Positions 19,290 to 29,163 are shown, counted from the stretch's first letter. The stretch is 64,000 nucleotides of DNA from an uncultured Actinomycetota bacterium (GCA_963759515.1 CAVWZR010000004.1:54674-118673), one strand, 5' to 3'. The notes: generated by a model not told the origin, from the letters alone. Translations and numbers: made by a program.

Positions 19290-19571
19290 ATGAGCTCCCT
19301 CGGACTCCTCCGCACGCCGGCCCTGATCGCGACGCTGGGAACAGTTGTCGTCCTGACCCTGCCAACCGGCGGAGCCTCGCACGCCGCCCCGCCGGAGCGC
19401 TGCCTGGGCAGGGACGCGACGATCGTCGGTACCAGCGGCGACGATCGACTGCACGGAACCCCGCACGCCGACGTCATCGTGGGCATGGGTGGTGACGACC
19501 GCATCGATGGCGCGGGCGGCAACGACCGGATCTGCGAGGCCGGCCCCGGCTCCGCCGTCGTCCTTGTGTGA
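19290..19571 (+). pseudogene. Truncated secreted hemolysin-type (RTX-like) calcium-binding repeat protein
   Basis: Signal peptide then CLGRDATIVGTSGDDRLHGTPHADVIVGMGGDDRIDGAGGNDRIC, with a stop shortly after. Confidence 0.6.
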
Positions 19572-19776
19572 GACCAGCACGCCGTGACGCCGAGTTGACC
19601 CGAGCCACGACTGATTTAGCCGTCGGCCCCCGGCGTGGCATCGAGGTCCCAGCCTGACCCGCTCTTAACCTGCTGACGGGTCGTCGTGTCGCGTGGACGG
19701 GCATGCCGGTCCACGGGGGCGCAGGCGTGTGCCCCCTTCCTTCCCCGGAACGACGCGAACCTGCGAGGCACTGCGC

Positions 19777-20805
19777 ATGGCGAACAGCATCATCGGCCGC
19801 GACATGGCGGTCGACCTCGGGACCGCCAACACGCTGGTGTATGTCCGGGGTCGGGGCATCATGCTCGACGAACCCAGCGTCGTCGCGCTCAACGACACGA
19901 CCGGTGAGGTGCTCGCGGTCGGCCACGAGGCCAAGCGGATGATCGGCCGAACGCCCGACAACATCACCGCGCTCCGCCCGATGAAGGACGGCGTGATCGC
20001 CGACTTCGAGGCGACCGAGCAGATGCTGCGCTACTTCATCCAGCAGGTCCACCGCCGCCGCTACCTCGCGAAGCCCCGGATGGTCATCTGCGTCCCGAGT
20101 GGCATCACCGCCGTGGAGCAGCGAGCGGTCAAGGAGGCCGGCTACCAGGCCGGCGCGCGCAAGGTCTACATCATCGAGGAGCCGATGGCCGCGGCGATCG
20201 GCGCCGGGCTCCCGGTCCACCAGGCCGCAGGGAACATGGTCGTCGATGTCGGCGGCGGCACGACCGAGGTGGCCGTCATCTCGCTCGGCGGAGTGGTCAC
20301 CAGCCTCTCCATCCGCACCGCCGGCGACGACCTCGACGCGTCGATCGTCGCGTGGATGAAGAAGGAGTACAGCCTCATGCTCGGCGAGCGCACCGCCGAG
20401 GAGATGAAGATGACGCTGGGGTCGGCGTTCCCGACCCACGACGAGCCCGAGGCCGAGATCCGCGGCCGCGACATGATCAGCGGCCTGCCGCGATCGGTGG
20501 TCGTGTCCAGCGCCGAGTGCCGCAAGGCGCTCGAGGAACCGCTGCACGCGATCATCGACGCCGTCCGCAGCACCCTCGACCAGACCCCGCCCGAGCTCGC
20601 CGGCGACATCATGGACCGCGGCATCGTGCTCACCGGCGGCGGTGCCCTGCTCCGTGGCCTCGACGAGCGCCTCCGACACGAGACCGGGATGCCCGTGCAC
20701 GTCGCGGAGGACCCGCTGTCCAGCGTGGCCATGGGCGCGGGGAAGTGTGTCGAGGAGTTCGAAGGGCTGCAGCAGGTCCTGGTCTCCGAGCGCCGGCGGT
20801 ACTGA
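19777..20805 (+). CDS. mreB: Rod shape-determining actin homologue MreB
   Basis: DLGTANT, DVGGGTTE, LTGGGALL. Confidence 0.97.
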   Translation: MANSIIGRDMAVDLGTANTLVYVRGRGIMLDEPSVVALNDTTGEVLAVGHEAKRMIGRTPDNITALRPMKDGVIADFEATEQMLRYFIQQVHRRRYLAKPRMVICVPSGITAVEQRAVKEAGYQAGARKVYIIEEPMAAAIGAGLPVHQAAGNMVVDVGGGTTEVAVISLGGVVTSLSIRTAGDDLDASIVAWMKKEYSLMLGERTAEEMKMTLGSAFPTHDEPEAEIRGRDMISGLPRSVVVSSAECRKALEEPLHAIIDAVRSTLDQTPPELAGDIMDRGIVLTGGGALLRGLDERLRHETGMPVHVAEDPLSSVAMGAGKCVEEFEGLQQVLVSERRRY

Positions 20806-21794
20806 TGAGGCTCAGGCGTCCGTCCCAGCCGCTGAACCTGCGCTCCGTCCGCGTGCCCCGGCTGCTGCGGGGCTACCGCCCCTTGAGCCCCGGCCGTGAC
20901 AGCTTCGACGAGCGCGCGGATCGCGCGAAGCTCCGCTCGCGGATGATCGCTCTTGTCCTCGCCTGCCTGACCCTGATGACCCTCGACCACCATCCCGGGG
21001 ACGGGTCCCCGCTCGAGCCGGCGCGCACGGCCATGGGCTCGGTGTTCGGTCCGGTCGAGTCGACCACGTCGGCCGTCGTCCGGCCGGTCACCGCGATGGG
21101 CGACTGGTTCCGCAGCCGCAAGCAGATGCAGAACGACATCGCCGCGCTCCGGTCGCAGAACTCCCGGCTCGCGGCACAACAGGCGACCTCGGAGTACGAG
21201 CGCAACCAGCTCGCCGAGTTCCGCGGGCTCACCTCCGCGGCCGGCACCCTCGGTCAGGCACTGGTCCCCGCCCACGTCGTGGCGTACGGCGCGGCCCAGT
21301 CGTTCTCGCGCACGGTCACCATCGACGCGGGGTCCGAGGCCGGGGTGCGGCCCGACCAGACGGTGCTGAACGACGACGGCCTCGTGGGCCGGGTGCTCCG
21401 CGTGACCAGCACGACCGCGACCGTCCTCCTGATCGTCGACACCGAGTCGGTCGTCGGTGGCCGGGTTGGCGCGTCCATGAAGGTCGGCTTCCTCCGCGGG
21501 CGGGGCGGCCTCGGCAACCAGGGCACGCTCGACCTGCAGCTGGTCGACGAGGCGGAGGCGCCGACCGAGGGCGACAGCATCGTCACCTGGGGCAGTCGCG
21601 ACGGTGCGCCGTACGTCGCCGGCGTCCCGATCGGCCACGTCACCGCGGTGTTCGCCAGCCTGCGCGAGTCCTCGCAGCGCGCCGTGATCTCGCCGTACGT
21701 CGACTTCGGCGCCCTCGATCTCGTCGGTGTCGTCGTGCCCTCCGGCACACAGAGCGACCGCGGAGTGATCGAGGCGGACGGGAGCCTCCAGTGA
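20805..21794 (+). CDS. mreC: Rod shape-determining protein MreC
   Basis: TM helix, coiled coil, TIDAGSEAG, GLVGRV. TGATG coupling to mreB. Confidence 0.92.
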   Translation: MRLRRPSQPLNLRSVRVPRLLRGYRPLSPGRDSFDERADRAKLRSRMIALVLACLTLMTLDHHPGDGSPLEPARTAMGSVFGPVESTTSAVVRPVTAMGDWFRSRKQMQNDIAALRSQNSRLAAQQATSEYERNQLAEFRGLTSAAGTLGQALVPAHVVAYGAAQSFSRTVTIDAGSEAGVRPDQTVLNDDGLVGRVLRVTSTTATVLLIVDTESVVGGRVGASMKVGFLRGRGGLGNQGTLDLQLVDEAEAPTEGDSIVTWGSRDGAPYVAGVPIGHVTAVFASLRESSQRAVISPYVDFGALDLVGVVVPSGTQSDRGVIEADGSLQ

Positions 21795-22300
21795 GATCCG
21801 TGCGCGTCGCCGTCGCCATCGCGCTGGTCGTGGTGGCCCTGATCCTGCAGGTCGCGGTCTTCCCGCAGTTCGCGTGGGAGGGGATCGTCCCCAACCTCTG
21901 CCTGCTCGTCGTCGTGGCGTCCGCGCTCGTGCGCGGCCCGTCGTTCGCCGCCACTCTCGGGTTCTTCGCCGGCCTCCTGCTCGACCTCGCCCCCCCGGCC
22001 GACCATGTCGCCGGGCGCTGGGCCCTCGCGCTGGTCACGGTCGGGCTCGTCGCCGGGCTCATGCGTCAGGACACCCGCCCGTCGGCCTCGACCGTGGTCG
22101 CGACCGTCGCGGTGTCGTCGTTCGTGGGCACCTCGGTGTACGCCCTCACCGGGGTCGTCCTCGGGGACGGCGTCGCCGGCTCCGGTGACCTGGCCCGGGT
22201 GATCGTCGTCGCCCTGCTCTGGGACGTGCTGCTCACCCCGCTGGTCCTCCCGGTGGTGATGCGGCTGCTCGCCCGACTCGAGCCCGCGGGCGCCCGATGA
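21791..22300 (+). CDS. mreD: Rod shape-determining protein MreD
   Basis: Hydrophobic; PNLCLL, GFFAGLLLD; operon position. Confidence 0.92.
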   Translation: MRSVRVAVAIALVVVALILQVAVFPQFAWEGIVPNLCLLVVVASALVRGPSFAATLGFFAGLLLDLAPPADHVAGRWALALVTVGLVAGLMRQDTRPSASTVVATVAVSSFVGTSVYALTGVVLGDGVAGSGDLARVIVVALLWDVLLTPLVLPVVMRLLARLEPAGAR

Positions 22301-24441
22301 GGACGCCCGTGACCCGGGACCCGAGCAGCGAGCGGTCCCGCCTGCGTCTCGTCGTGGTGCGGGTCCTCGTCTTCTCCCTGTTCGCCACCCTGTTCGCGCG
22401 GCTCTACTACCTCCAGGTCGTCTCCGGCGACTCCTACCAGCAGGCTGCCGCGTCCCAGTCGCTGCGCGAGGTGGTCATGCAGCCGCAGCGGGGCCTGATC
22501 GTCGACGACCAGGGGCGGCCCCTCGTCACCAACCGCACGGCGTGGGTCGTCTCGGTCGACCGCACCGTGCTCGCCAGACTCTCGTCGCACGACCGCTCCG
22601 TGGTGCTCCACCGGCTCGCCGACGCCGCGCGGACGCCGCTCAGGAGCGTCCACGAGGCACTGGTCACCTGCGGTGATCCCGGGAGCAAGCGCGGACGTTG
22701 CTGGAACGGCTCGCCGTACCAGCCGGTGCCCGTCGCCACGGACGTCCCGCAGTCCGTCGCGCTGCGCATCCTCGAGCAACCGGAGGACTATCCGGCCGTG
22801 GTCACTCAGCAGCAGAGCGTGCGCGCCTATCCGCGTCCGTACGGCGCGAACCTCGCCGACATCGTGGGCTACCTCAGCCCGATCACGGCGGGCGAGCTCG
22901 ATCGGGCGCGCCAGGACGACGACGACTCGGTCAACGGCGCCAGCACGGTCGGGCGAGCCGGCATCGAGGAGGCCTACGACCGGTTCCTGCGCGGCCGCCC
23001 GGGCTACCAGAAGGTGGCCGTCGACTCGATGGGCAGGGTGCTGGGTCAGGAGGGCGAGGTCCGCGGCCACCCGGGCGACACCTTGGTCACCTCGATCGAC
23101 GCCCGTGTGCAGTCCGCGACCGAGCGGGCGCTGCACCGCGCGATCATGACGGCTCGCGCGACGTACGACCCGGTGACGCACAAGAACTACCTCGCCGACT
23201 CCGGTGCCGCGATCGTGCTCCAGGCCCAGACCGGCCGCGTCGTCGCGATGGCGAGCCAGCCGACCTACGACCCCGCGCAGTGGGTCGGCGGCATCAGCAG
23301 CCGACAGCTCGCGCGGCTCTACTCGGCCAAGGCCGGCGACCCACTGCTCGCCCGTGCCTACCAGGGTCAGTTCGCGCCCGGCTCGACCTGGAAGCCGATC
23401 ATGACCGTGGGTGCGTTCAACAACGGCATGGGTCCGGAGACGCGCCTCGACTGCTCCTCTGCCTTCACGGTGGGGAACCGCGTCTTCCACAACTACGAGT
23501 CCGCGTCGTACGGGATGATCGACTTCGCCAAGGCGCTGCAGATCTCCTGCGACACCTTCTTCTACCGGGTGGGCAACTCGTTCTGGCAGCGCTTCGGCCA
23601 GGACCCCACCGACGTCAACGCCCGCGACCCGCTGGTGGCCGAGGCCAAGGCGTTCGGCTTCGGGCGCCCCACCGGGGTGGATGTGCCCGGCGAGGCGTCG
23701 GGTCGGATCGCGGACCGGCACTGGAAGCTCGCCTACTGGAAGTCGATGAAGGCGCACTACTGCCGGATCGACCAGCACCCACCGGCGGGCACGAGCGCCT
23801 ACCTCCGGCTGTTCGCCCACGAGTTCTGCCTCGAGGGCAGCTACTACCGCGCGGGAGACGCGGTCAACTTCGCGATCGGGCAGGGCGACACCCTGGTCAC
23901 CCCGCTCCAGCTCGCCCGGGCGTACGCCGCCCTCGCGAACGGCGGCACCCTCTACGAGCCGCGCATCGCCAAGGCGATCGTCAGCCCGAGCGGACACGTG
24001 GTCCGGCAGATCAGGCCGAAGGTGCAGGCGCACGTGAAGGACCCGGCGCACGGGATCTCCTACGTCACCAACGCCCTTCTCGGCACCGCGGTGACCGGCA
24101 CCATGGCCTGGAAGATGACCGGCTTCCCGCTCGACCGCATCCACATCCGCTCCAAGACCGGGTCCGCCGAGGTCTACGGCAAGCAGTCGACGTCGTGGGT
24201 CGCCTCCTACGACGACAACTACGTCGTGCTGATGATGGTCACCCAGGGCGGCACCGGTTCCGGCACCTCCGGTCCCTACGTCCGCAAGATCTGGGAGTCG
24301 TTGTACGGCGTCGACGGGTCGACCGTGGACCGGAAGAAGGCACTGATCCCGGGCGTCGTCGCGCCCGACGCGCTTCCGTCCTTCCAGCCGGACGGCTCGA
24401 TCCTGCCGCCGAAGCCTCGCTTCGGAAGGAGCCAGCCATGA
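22297..24441 (+). CDS. mrdA: Penicillin-binding protein 2
   Basis: PGSTWK (SxxK), SCD (SxD), KTG. Confidence 0.94.
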   Translation: MRTPVTRDPSSERSRLRLVVVRVLVFSLFATLFARLYYLQVVSGDSYQQAAASQSLREVVMQPQRGLIVDDQGRPLVTNRTAWVVSVDRTVLARLSSHDRSVVLHRLADAARTPLRSVHEALVTCGDPGSKRGRCWNGSPYQPVPVATDVPQSVALRILEQPEDYPAVVTQQQSVRAYPRPYGANLADIVGYLSPITAGELDRARQDDDDSVNGASTVGRAGIEEAYDRFLRGRPGYQKVAVDSMGRVLGQEGEVRGHPGDTLVTSIDARVQSATERALHRAIMTARATYDPVTHKNYLADSGAAIVLQAQTGRVVAMASQPTYDPAQWVGGISSRQLARLYSAKAGDPLLARAYQGQFAPGSTWKPIMTVGAFNNGMGPETRLDCSSAFTVGNRVFHNYESASYGMIDFAKALQISCDTFFYRVGNSFWQRFGQDPTDVNARDPLVAEAKAFGFGRPTGVDVPGEASGRIADRHWKLAYWKSMKAHYCRIDQHPPAGTSAYLRLFAHEFCLEGSYYRAGDAVNFAIGQGDTLVTPLQLARAYAALANGGTLYEPRIAKAIVSPSGHVVRQIRPKVQAHVKDPAHGISYVTNALLGTAVTGTMAWKMTGFPLDRIHIRSKTGSAEVYGKQSTSWVASYDDNYVVLMMVTQGGTGSGTSGPYVRKIWESLYGVDGSTVDRKKALIPGVVAPDALPSFQPDGSILPPKPRFGRSQP

Positions 24442-25631
24442 CGACGACGCCGTCCCGCGTCCCGCGTTCCCTGCGCGCACCGGGCATCGACCGGGTGCTG
24501 ATGCTGGCCGTGCTCGGGCTGCTCGTGCTCGGCAGCCTGCTCGTCTGGTCGGCGACGTCCCACCGTGACGACCTGACGGGCGGCGACCCCACGGCGTACC
24601 TCCGCAAGCAGCTGGTCAACGTCTGCATCGGCCTCGTGCTGATGGTGGTCGTGATGGCTACCGATCATCGGTGGCTGCGCATCGTCGCGCCCTTCGTCTA
24701 CCTCGCGTCGATCGGTGGACTCGTGCTGGTGCTGACGGCGGGCACCACGATCAACGGGTCTCGGTCGTGGATCGACCTGGCCGGGATGTCCATCCAGCCG
24801 TCGGAGTTCGCCAAGCTCGCGGTGGTGATCGGGATGGCGCTGCTCGTCGCGGAGCGCAACGAGGGACGGCGTACGCAGGTCGGCGCGATCGAGGTCGTCG
24901 GCATGTTGGTGATCGCGGGGATCCCGGCCGGACTGATCCTCATGCAACCCGACCTCGGCACGCTGCTGGTGCTCTCGGCCACGGTCTTCGGCGTGCTGGC
25001 GGTGGCCGGGGCGCCCCGGCGGTGGCTGGGGTTCCTGGCGGCGGGCGGCGCGGTCGCGGCGGTGGCGGCGTTCGCGGGGCACCTGCTCAAGCAGTACCAG
25101 GTCGACCGCTTCCTGGCGTTCACCAACCCCGACCTCGACCCGCGTGGTGCCGGCTACAACACCGAGCAGGCCCGGATCGCGGTCGGCAACGGCGGACTGT
25201 TCGGGCAGGGCCTGTTCCACGGCTCGCAGACGCGCTCCGGGTTCGTGCCCGAGCAGCACACCGACTTCATCTTCACGGTCGCGGGTGAAGAGCTGGGGCT
25301 CGTCGGAGCCGGCGTCCTGATCGCCTTGCTCGGCCTGGTGATCTGGCGGGCGCTGGCGATCTCAGCGCTCTCCACCGACGTCTTCGGCCGGGTCGCCGCG
25401 GCGGGGATCGCGTGCTGGCTCGGCTTCCAGGCCTTCCAGAACGTCGGGATGTGCCTCGGGATCATGCCGGTCACCGGCGTACCCCTGCCCTTCGTGTCGT
25501 ACGGCGGGTCCTCGATGTTCGCCGGGATGCTCGCGGTCGGACTCCTGCAGAACCTCCACCTGCGGGCGACTGCCTCCCAGCCGACGCGCTTCGCCCGGCC
25601 GGTCCACCAGGGTCAGTTGGCCTCGCGCTGA
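24438..25631 (+). CDS. rodA: SEDS glycosyltransferase RodA
   Basis: IQPSEFAK, QPDLGT, PEQHTDFIF, LPFVSYGGSS. Confidence 0.95.
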   Translation: MTTTPSRVPRSLRAPGIDRVLMLAVLGLLVLGSLLVWSATSHRDDLTGGDPTAYLRKQLVNVCIGLVLMVVVMATDHRWLRIVAPFVYLASIGGLVLVLTAGTTINGSRSWIDLAGMSIQPSEFAKLAVVIGMALLVAERNEGRRTQVGAIEVVGMLVIAGIPAGLILMQPDLGTLLVLSATVFGVLAVAGAPRRWLGFLAAGGAVAAVAAFAGHLLKQYQVDRFLAFTNPDLDPRGAGYNTEQARIAVGNGGLFGQGLFHGSQTRSGFVPEQHTDFIFTVAGEELGLVGAGVLIALLGLVIWRALAISALSTDVFGRVAAAGIACWLGFQAFQNVGMCLGIMPVTGVPLPFVSYGGSSMFAGMLAVGLLQNLHLRATASQPTRFARPVHQGQLASR

Positions 25632-25655
25632 CGCCCGCTCGCGGGGGTGCGTCAG
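25628..25655. terminator. Hairpin between convergent genes
   Basis: ctgacgc...gcgtcag stem spanning both stop codons. Confidence 0.45.
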
Positions 25656-26722
25656 AAGCGGGACGGCATCGTGGCGTGCGCCCCCGCCTTCGGGCCGTGC
25701 GGCACCTTCTCGCACGCGCCGGTGGTCGCGGAACAGCGCACCAGGTTCGACACCGGCTCGTTCGAATAGTCGTCGAAGTGCCACAGGATCACGGCGTCCG
25801 CCGACTCCCAGCCCACGATGCCGAGGAAGGGGACGTCCTCCGGTGTCTGGAGCTGCACGCGTTCGCCGTCGAGCGACCGGACCCAGAACGTGGACGTGCC
25901 GGTGGGGCCGTCGTCCGAGTAGGCGTAGCGGTTCCCGTGGGCGGACCACACGCCGGCGTACGGGGCGGTGAAGCGGCCGACCCGGTCGAAGGCGCCGTCC
26001 CGCCCGACCACGCCGTACAGGTTCGCGTCGGTCTTCGCCCGGTGGATCGTCGTACCGCGCGGCCAGCCGTCGAGGTCGATGCCGCTCCCGACCCGGGCGC
26101 CGTGGAAGCTCGCCAACCGACCGCCAGGTGACAGAGCCTTCATGCCGTCCGAGCCCTGGGTCAGGACGAGCCGCCCCTGGTTGCTGAGTGTGCGCAGCCA
26201 GATGCCGTTGATCCCGTCCTCCCAGGCGACCCGTCGGCGGTCACGGAAGCTGGCCGCGATCCGCTGCCGTTCGACGTTGTAGATCACGACGCGGTACCGC
26301 TCGATGCGGCGGTACGCGTGCGTCGACTTCGCGCGGACCTCCAGCCAGGCAAGCCAGCGCCCGTTGGCCGCGACCCGTGGCTTGGCGGTGCGGGTCTGCA
26401 TCGGCAGCCGCAGCAGCTTCTTCCCGTGGACCAGGTACCAGGTCGCCGGCCTGCCCATCCGCCGATCTGCGTCGGTGGCGACGACAGTCGTGCCGCTCCG
26501 GGAGACGATGTCGCTGCGTCGTGTGCGGATGACCCGGTCACCCAGGTGCAGGCGCCGGTGCTGCCACCACGGCAACGTGGTCGGCGCCCCGACGGGGAGA
26601 CCGTCCCACGTCACGGGGGGCGCCAAGGCGGTGCCCACCGGTGCATCTGCGGCGTGAGCCGCTGTCAGGCCACCGCCTACCAGAGCCACGCCGAGGGCGA
26701 GCGCACCCAGCCGAGTCAGCAT
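25652..26722 (-). CDS. Secreted hypothetical protein, probable beta-propeller
   Basis: Signal peptide ending AHA-A; WD/TolB-like segments (VAANGRWLAW, WSAHGNRYAY); C-terminal LVRC...C. -10 TACCCT 6 nt before ATG. Confidence 0.7.
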   Translation of the reverse strand: MLTRLGALALGVALVGGGLTAAHAADAPVGTALAPPVTWDGLPVGAPTTLPWWQHRRLHLGDRVIRTRRSDIVSRSGTTVVATDADRRMGRPATWYLVHGKKLLRLPMQTRTAKPRVAANGRWLAWLEVRAKSTHAYRRIERYRVVIYNVERQRIAASFRDRRRVAWEDGINGIWLRTLSNQGRLVLTQGSDGMKALSPGGRLASFHGARVGSGIDLDGWPRGTTIHRAKTDANLYGVVGRDGAFDRVGRFTAPYAGVWSAHGNRYAYSDDGPTGTSTFWVRSLDGERVQLQTPEDVPFLGIVGWESADAVILWHFDDYSNEPVSNLVRCSATTGACEKVPHGPKAGAHATMPSRF

Positions 26723-26803
26723 GGTCGGAGGGTACGTCGCACCACGCCCGGAGATCTGCAAAACCGAGATCGTGCGCGCCCGTTGCTCCGCCCGCCGCCG
26801 AAG

Positions 26804-26876
26804 TACTGAGTCAAGTCGGGTCGACAGGTCCGAGCTCACGCTCAGTCGCGTGCGTTCCCGACGACTTGGGTCAGTA
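26804..26876. repeat. 73-bp intergenic element with 15-bp imperfect terminal inverted repeats
   Basis: tactgagtcaagtcg ... cgacttgggtcagta (13/15 complementary). Confidence 0.5.
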
Positions 26877-26932
26877 GCTCGGAAGGGCCACGGCCTCGGC
26901 ACCGCCTGCTCGGATCGGAGCCCGAGGACGAG

Positions 26933-27448
26933 TCAGCGTCTGCGTCTGGGGATGAAACGACCCGCCTTCGTCACCAGGTCACCGAGCGCCTCGGCGGCGG
27001 GGTCGTCATCCGCGGCGGTGATGCCGTCAGCCGCCGACTCCAGATCCCACGCGCGCCCGGAGGCCCGGGTCACGAGGGCGTCGTTCGCTGCCACTGCCCA
27101 GAGCTGGTACGCCGGGTCGATCGCGTAGGGCTGGTCGAACCCGTCGAAGCGGGTGAACCACGAGGTGTCGACCTCGATGTGGCGAGGGAGCGTGGCGCGC
27201 TCGCGTAGGTCACCGCGGAGCTGCTCGCGCGCCGACTCCAGGACCAGCCAGCGCCGGTCCGTCGCCACCAGGAGGTAGCGGTCGCGCTCGTGGAAGAACG
27301 GCCAGACACCGGCGGCCACGGCTCGCACCGCGCGGCCCGGGCGAGACGACGCCGGGATCGCCACGTCGAGGCTTTCGCCCTCGGTGAGGAACGGCGCGAC
27401 CCGGGGGCGGACCTCCTCGCGCGCGCGGAGGACGTCGTGTCCGTTCAC
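26933..27448 (-). CDS. Hypothetical protein, possible bacterial PH-like domain
   Basis: FLTEGESL...YLLVATDRRWLVL pattern; GTGA overlap with the upstream gene. Confidence 0.65.
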   Translation of the reverse strand: MNGHDVLRAREEVRPRVAPFLTEGESLDVAIPASSRPGRAVRAVAAGVWPFFHERDRYLLVATDRRWLVLESAREQLRGDLRERATLPRHIEVDTSWFTRFDGFDQPYAIDPAYQLWAVAANDALVTRASGRAWDLESAADGITAADDDPAAEALGDLVTKAGRFIPRRRR

Positions 27449-27900
27449 GGGCGGAAGATCGCGTCGTGGCCCGCCTGGGCGTCGGCTCTCGTCCGGGCGA
27501 TGTCGAGGGCCACCTCATCGGGATCGACGTCGAGCGCGAGCGCTGCCTCGGGCACCTCGACCGGGGCGGCATCGTCGCTGATGTGCTCGCGCGCCGTCCG
27601 GAACGCGTCCTGCAGGAACATCTCGCCGTCCGGTCCTGCGCGGTGCGCGAACACGTCGTCCCAGGTGATCCGGCCGGCGGCGACCTGCTGCGCCACGCGG
27701 CGTACGGACTCGGGCGCGGCCGGGCTCTGTGCGGCTTGCGACAGCAGGTCGCGGGTCTCGCGGTCCAGTCCGCGTGCGCGGCGTTCGTCGAGGAAGGCCT
27801 GGTTGTCCGCCAGCGCCCGGTCGACCCGGTCGGTCTCGACGCGCAGGGGCTCGAGGGCGGCGTCGACGGCTGCGCGAGGGTCAAGCGATGCCGGGTGCAC
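27445..27900 (-). CDS. Hypothetical helical protein in the T7SS-substrate operon
   Basis: 151 aa with good codon usage, QVAAGRITWDDVF; overlaps both neighbours; GGAGG upstream of GTG. Confidence 0.7.
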   Translation of the reverse strand: MHPASLDPRAAVDAALEPLRVETDRVDRALADNQAFLDERRARGLDRETRDLLSQAAQSPAAPESVRRVAQQVAAGRITWDDVFAHRAGPDGEMFLQDAFRTAREHISDDAAPVEVPEAALALDVDPDEVALDIARTRADAQAGHDAIFRP

Positions 27901-29026
27901 GGGGCCCTCCGTAGGGACCGGTCGGGGTGTCCCCGAGATGGGTCAGGTTGTCCACGTGCTCCGGGATCGAGCCCAGCGCGCCGATCAGGTCCTCGAGCTT
28001 GGCGATCTCGCCCTCGACGGCCTCGGGGATGTGTGTCGTGAGGTGGTAGAGGTCGGCGAGCTTCTGGAAGCCCTTCACGGCGAGGTCGGCAGCCTGGATG
28101 ACGTGCTTGACCAGCATCACGATCTTGTACGCGCGGTAGAACGCGACCAGCGCTTCTTCGCACTTCTTCGCGGCCACCGCCTCACCGACGCCACACCACC
28201 AGCCAGCGGCCAGTGCCGCCGCACCGACCTCGACGTCGTGGATCACGCTCTCGAGCAGGTTGACGCACTGCCGGTACAGCGACTCCCACCGGTCGGCGAG
28301 CTGACCGAGCGCGTACTGGATCGCAAGCGGGATCTCCGACTCGGCGTGGAGCCCGTTTCCGAGCCGTACGCCGTACTCGTGGAAGCTGGTCGCAGCGACG
28401 CCGTCCCAGACGCCGTCCACGTTGGCCGTGTTCGCGAGCACGTCGTCGCCGTGCGCCTTCAACATCCGCGACACGTCGGCCCACGACTCGCCGCGCGAGG
28501 TGAGGGTCGTCCAGTTGCCGACGATCGCGTCGATCGGCTCGGTGATGTGGTGGCCGGTGAACTTGTGGAAGACCCAGTCGATCGCACGCACGTCGGCGTC
28601 CATGCCGTCACGGATCCTCTTCGCCGGGTCGGGGTCGATGCCGTGGCAGGCGGCGTAGAGGTGGTGCTCGGACCACGCACCGCCGGACCCGATCGGCGCA
28701 TCCGTCTGGCCGCCGACGGCCACCGCGTCCTTGTCCATCGCCCGAGCGACCGCATGGTCGACCTTCGCGTAGTCGTCGGCGGTCGTCACCAGGGCCGTGC
28801 CCGTGCCGGCGACGACCTTCGCGAGGCCGTCGTAGTGGCGACCGAACACGACCGCGGTCTCGTGGATAGCCGGAGCGATGATGTCGAGCAGTCCGTCCAT
28901 GTCGGCCGTCTGTCCGGCCCCGACGCGCGTCGCCTCTCCGGTTGCGCCGACGTTGCCGACGCCGAAGGTGTGGAACTGGGTGCCGAACGCCCGCAGCTGC
29001 GGGATCTCGACCTGAAGGTCGCTCAT
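27881..29026 (-). CDS. Type VII secretion substrate-like protein (EspC-like YxxxD domain + WXG domain)
   Basis: SD GGAGG, MSDLQVEIPQLRAFG, YAKVD at aa 86-90, WDGVAATSF at aa 207. Confidence 0.75.
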   Translation of the reverse strand: MSDLQVEIPQLRAFGTQFHTFGVGNVGATGEATRVGAGQTADMDGLLDIIAPAIHETAVVFGRHYDGLAKVVAGTGTALVTTADDYAKVDHAVARAMDKDAVAVGGQTDAPIGSGGAWSEHHLYAACHGIDPDPAKRIRDGMDADVRAIDWVFHKFTGHHITEPIDAIVGNWTTLTSRGESWADVSRMLKAHGDDVLANTANVDGVWDGVAATSFHEYGVRLGNGLHAESEIPLAIQYALGQLADRWESLYRQCVNLLESVIHDVEVGAAALAAGWWCGVGEAVAAKKCEEALVAFYRAYKIVMLVKHVIQAADLAVKGFQKLADLYHLTTHIPEAVEGEIAKLEDLIGALGSIPEHVDNLTHLGDTPTGPYGGPRAPGIA

Positions 29027-29140
29027 GGCTCGTCCTCCGAGATGTCCGAGTCATCCGCGTCGCCCCGTGCGACCGCGATGGTCTTCAGGCTCCCCACGTC
29101 GGCCGGGGGTCAAACCGCCCCTCGCCGGGCTGGGGGATTT

Positions 29141-29163
29141 ATCGGTTGTCAGGGACAACCGAT
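29141..29163. promoter_or_regulatory. Inverted-repeat operator abutting the MFS promoter
   Basis: ATCGGTTGTC-agg-GACAACCGAT (perfect 10-bp arms) touching -10 TAGAGT (29163-29168). Confidence 0.7.

Noticed and set aside
19777-25631. mreBCD-mrdA-rodA in an actinobacterium
   Set aside because: Known conserved cluster in several actinobacterial lineages; ordinary.
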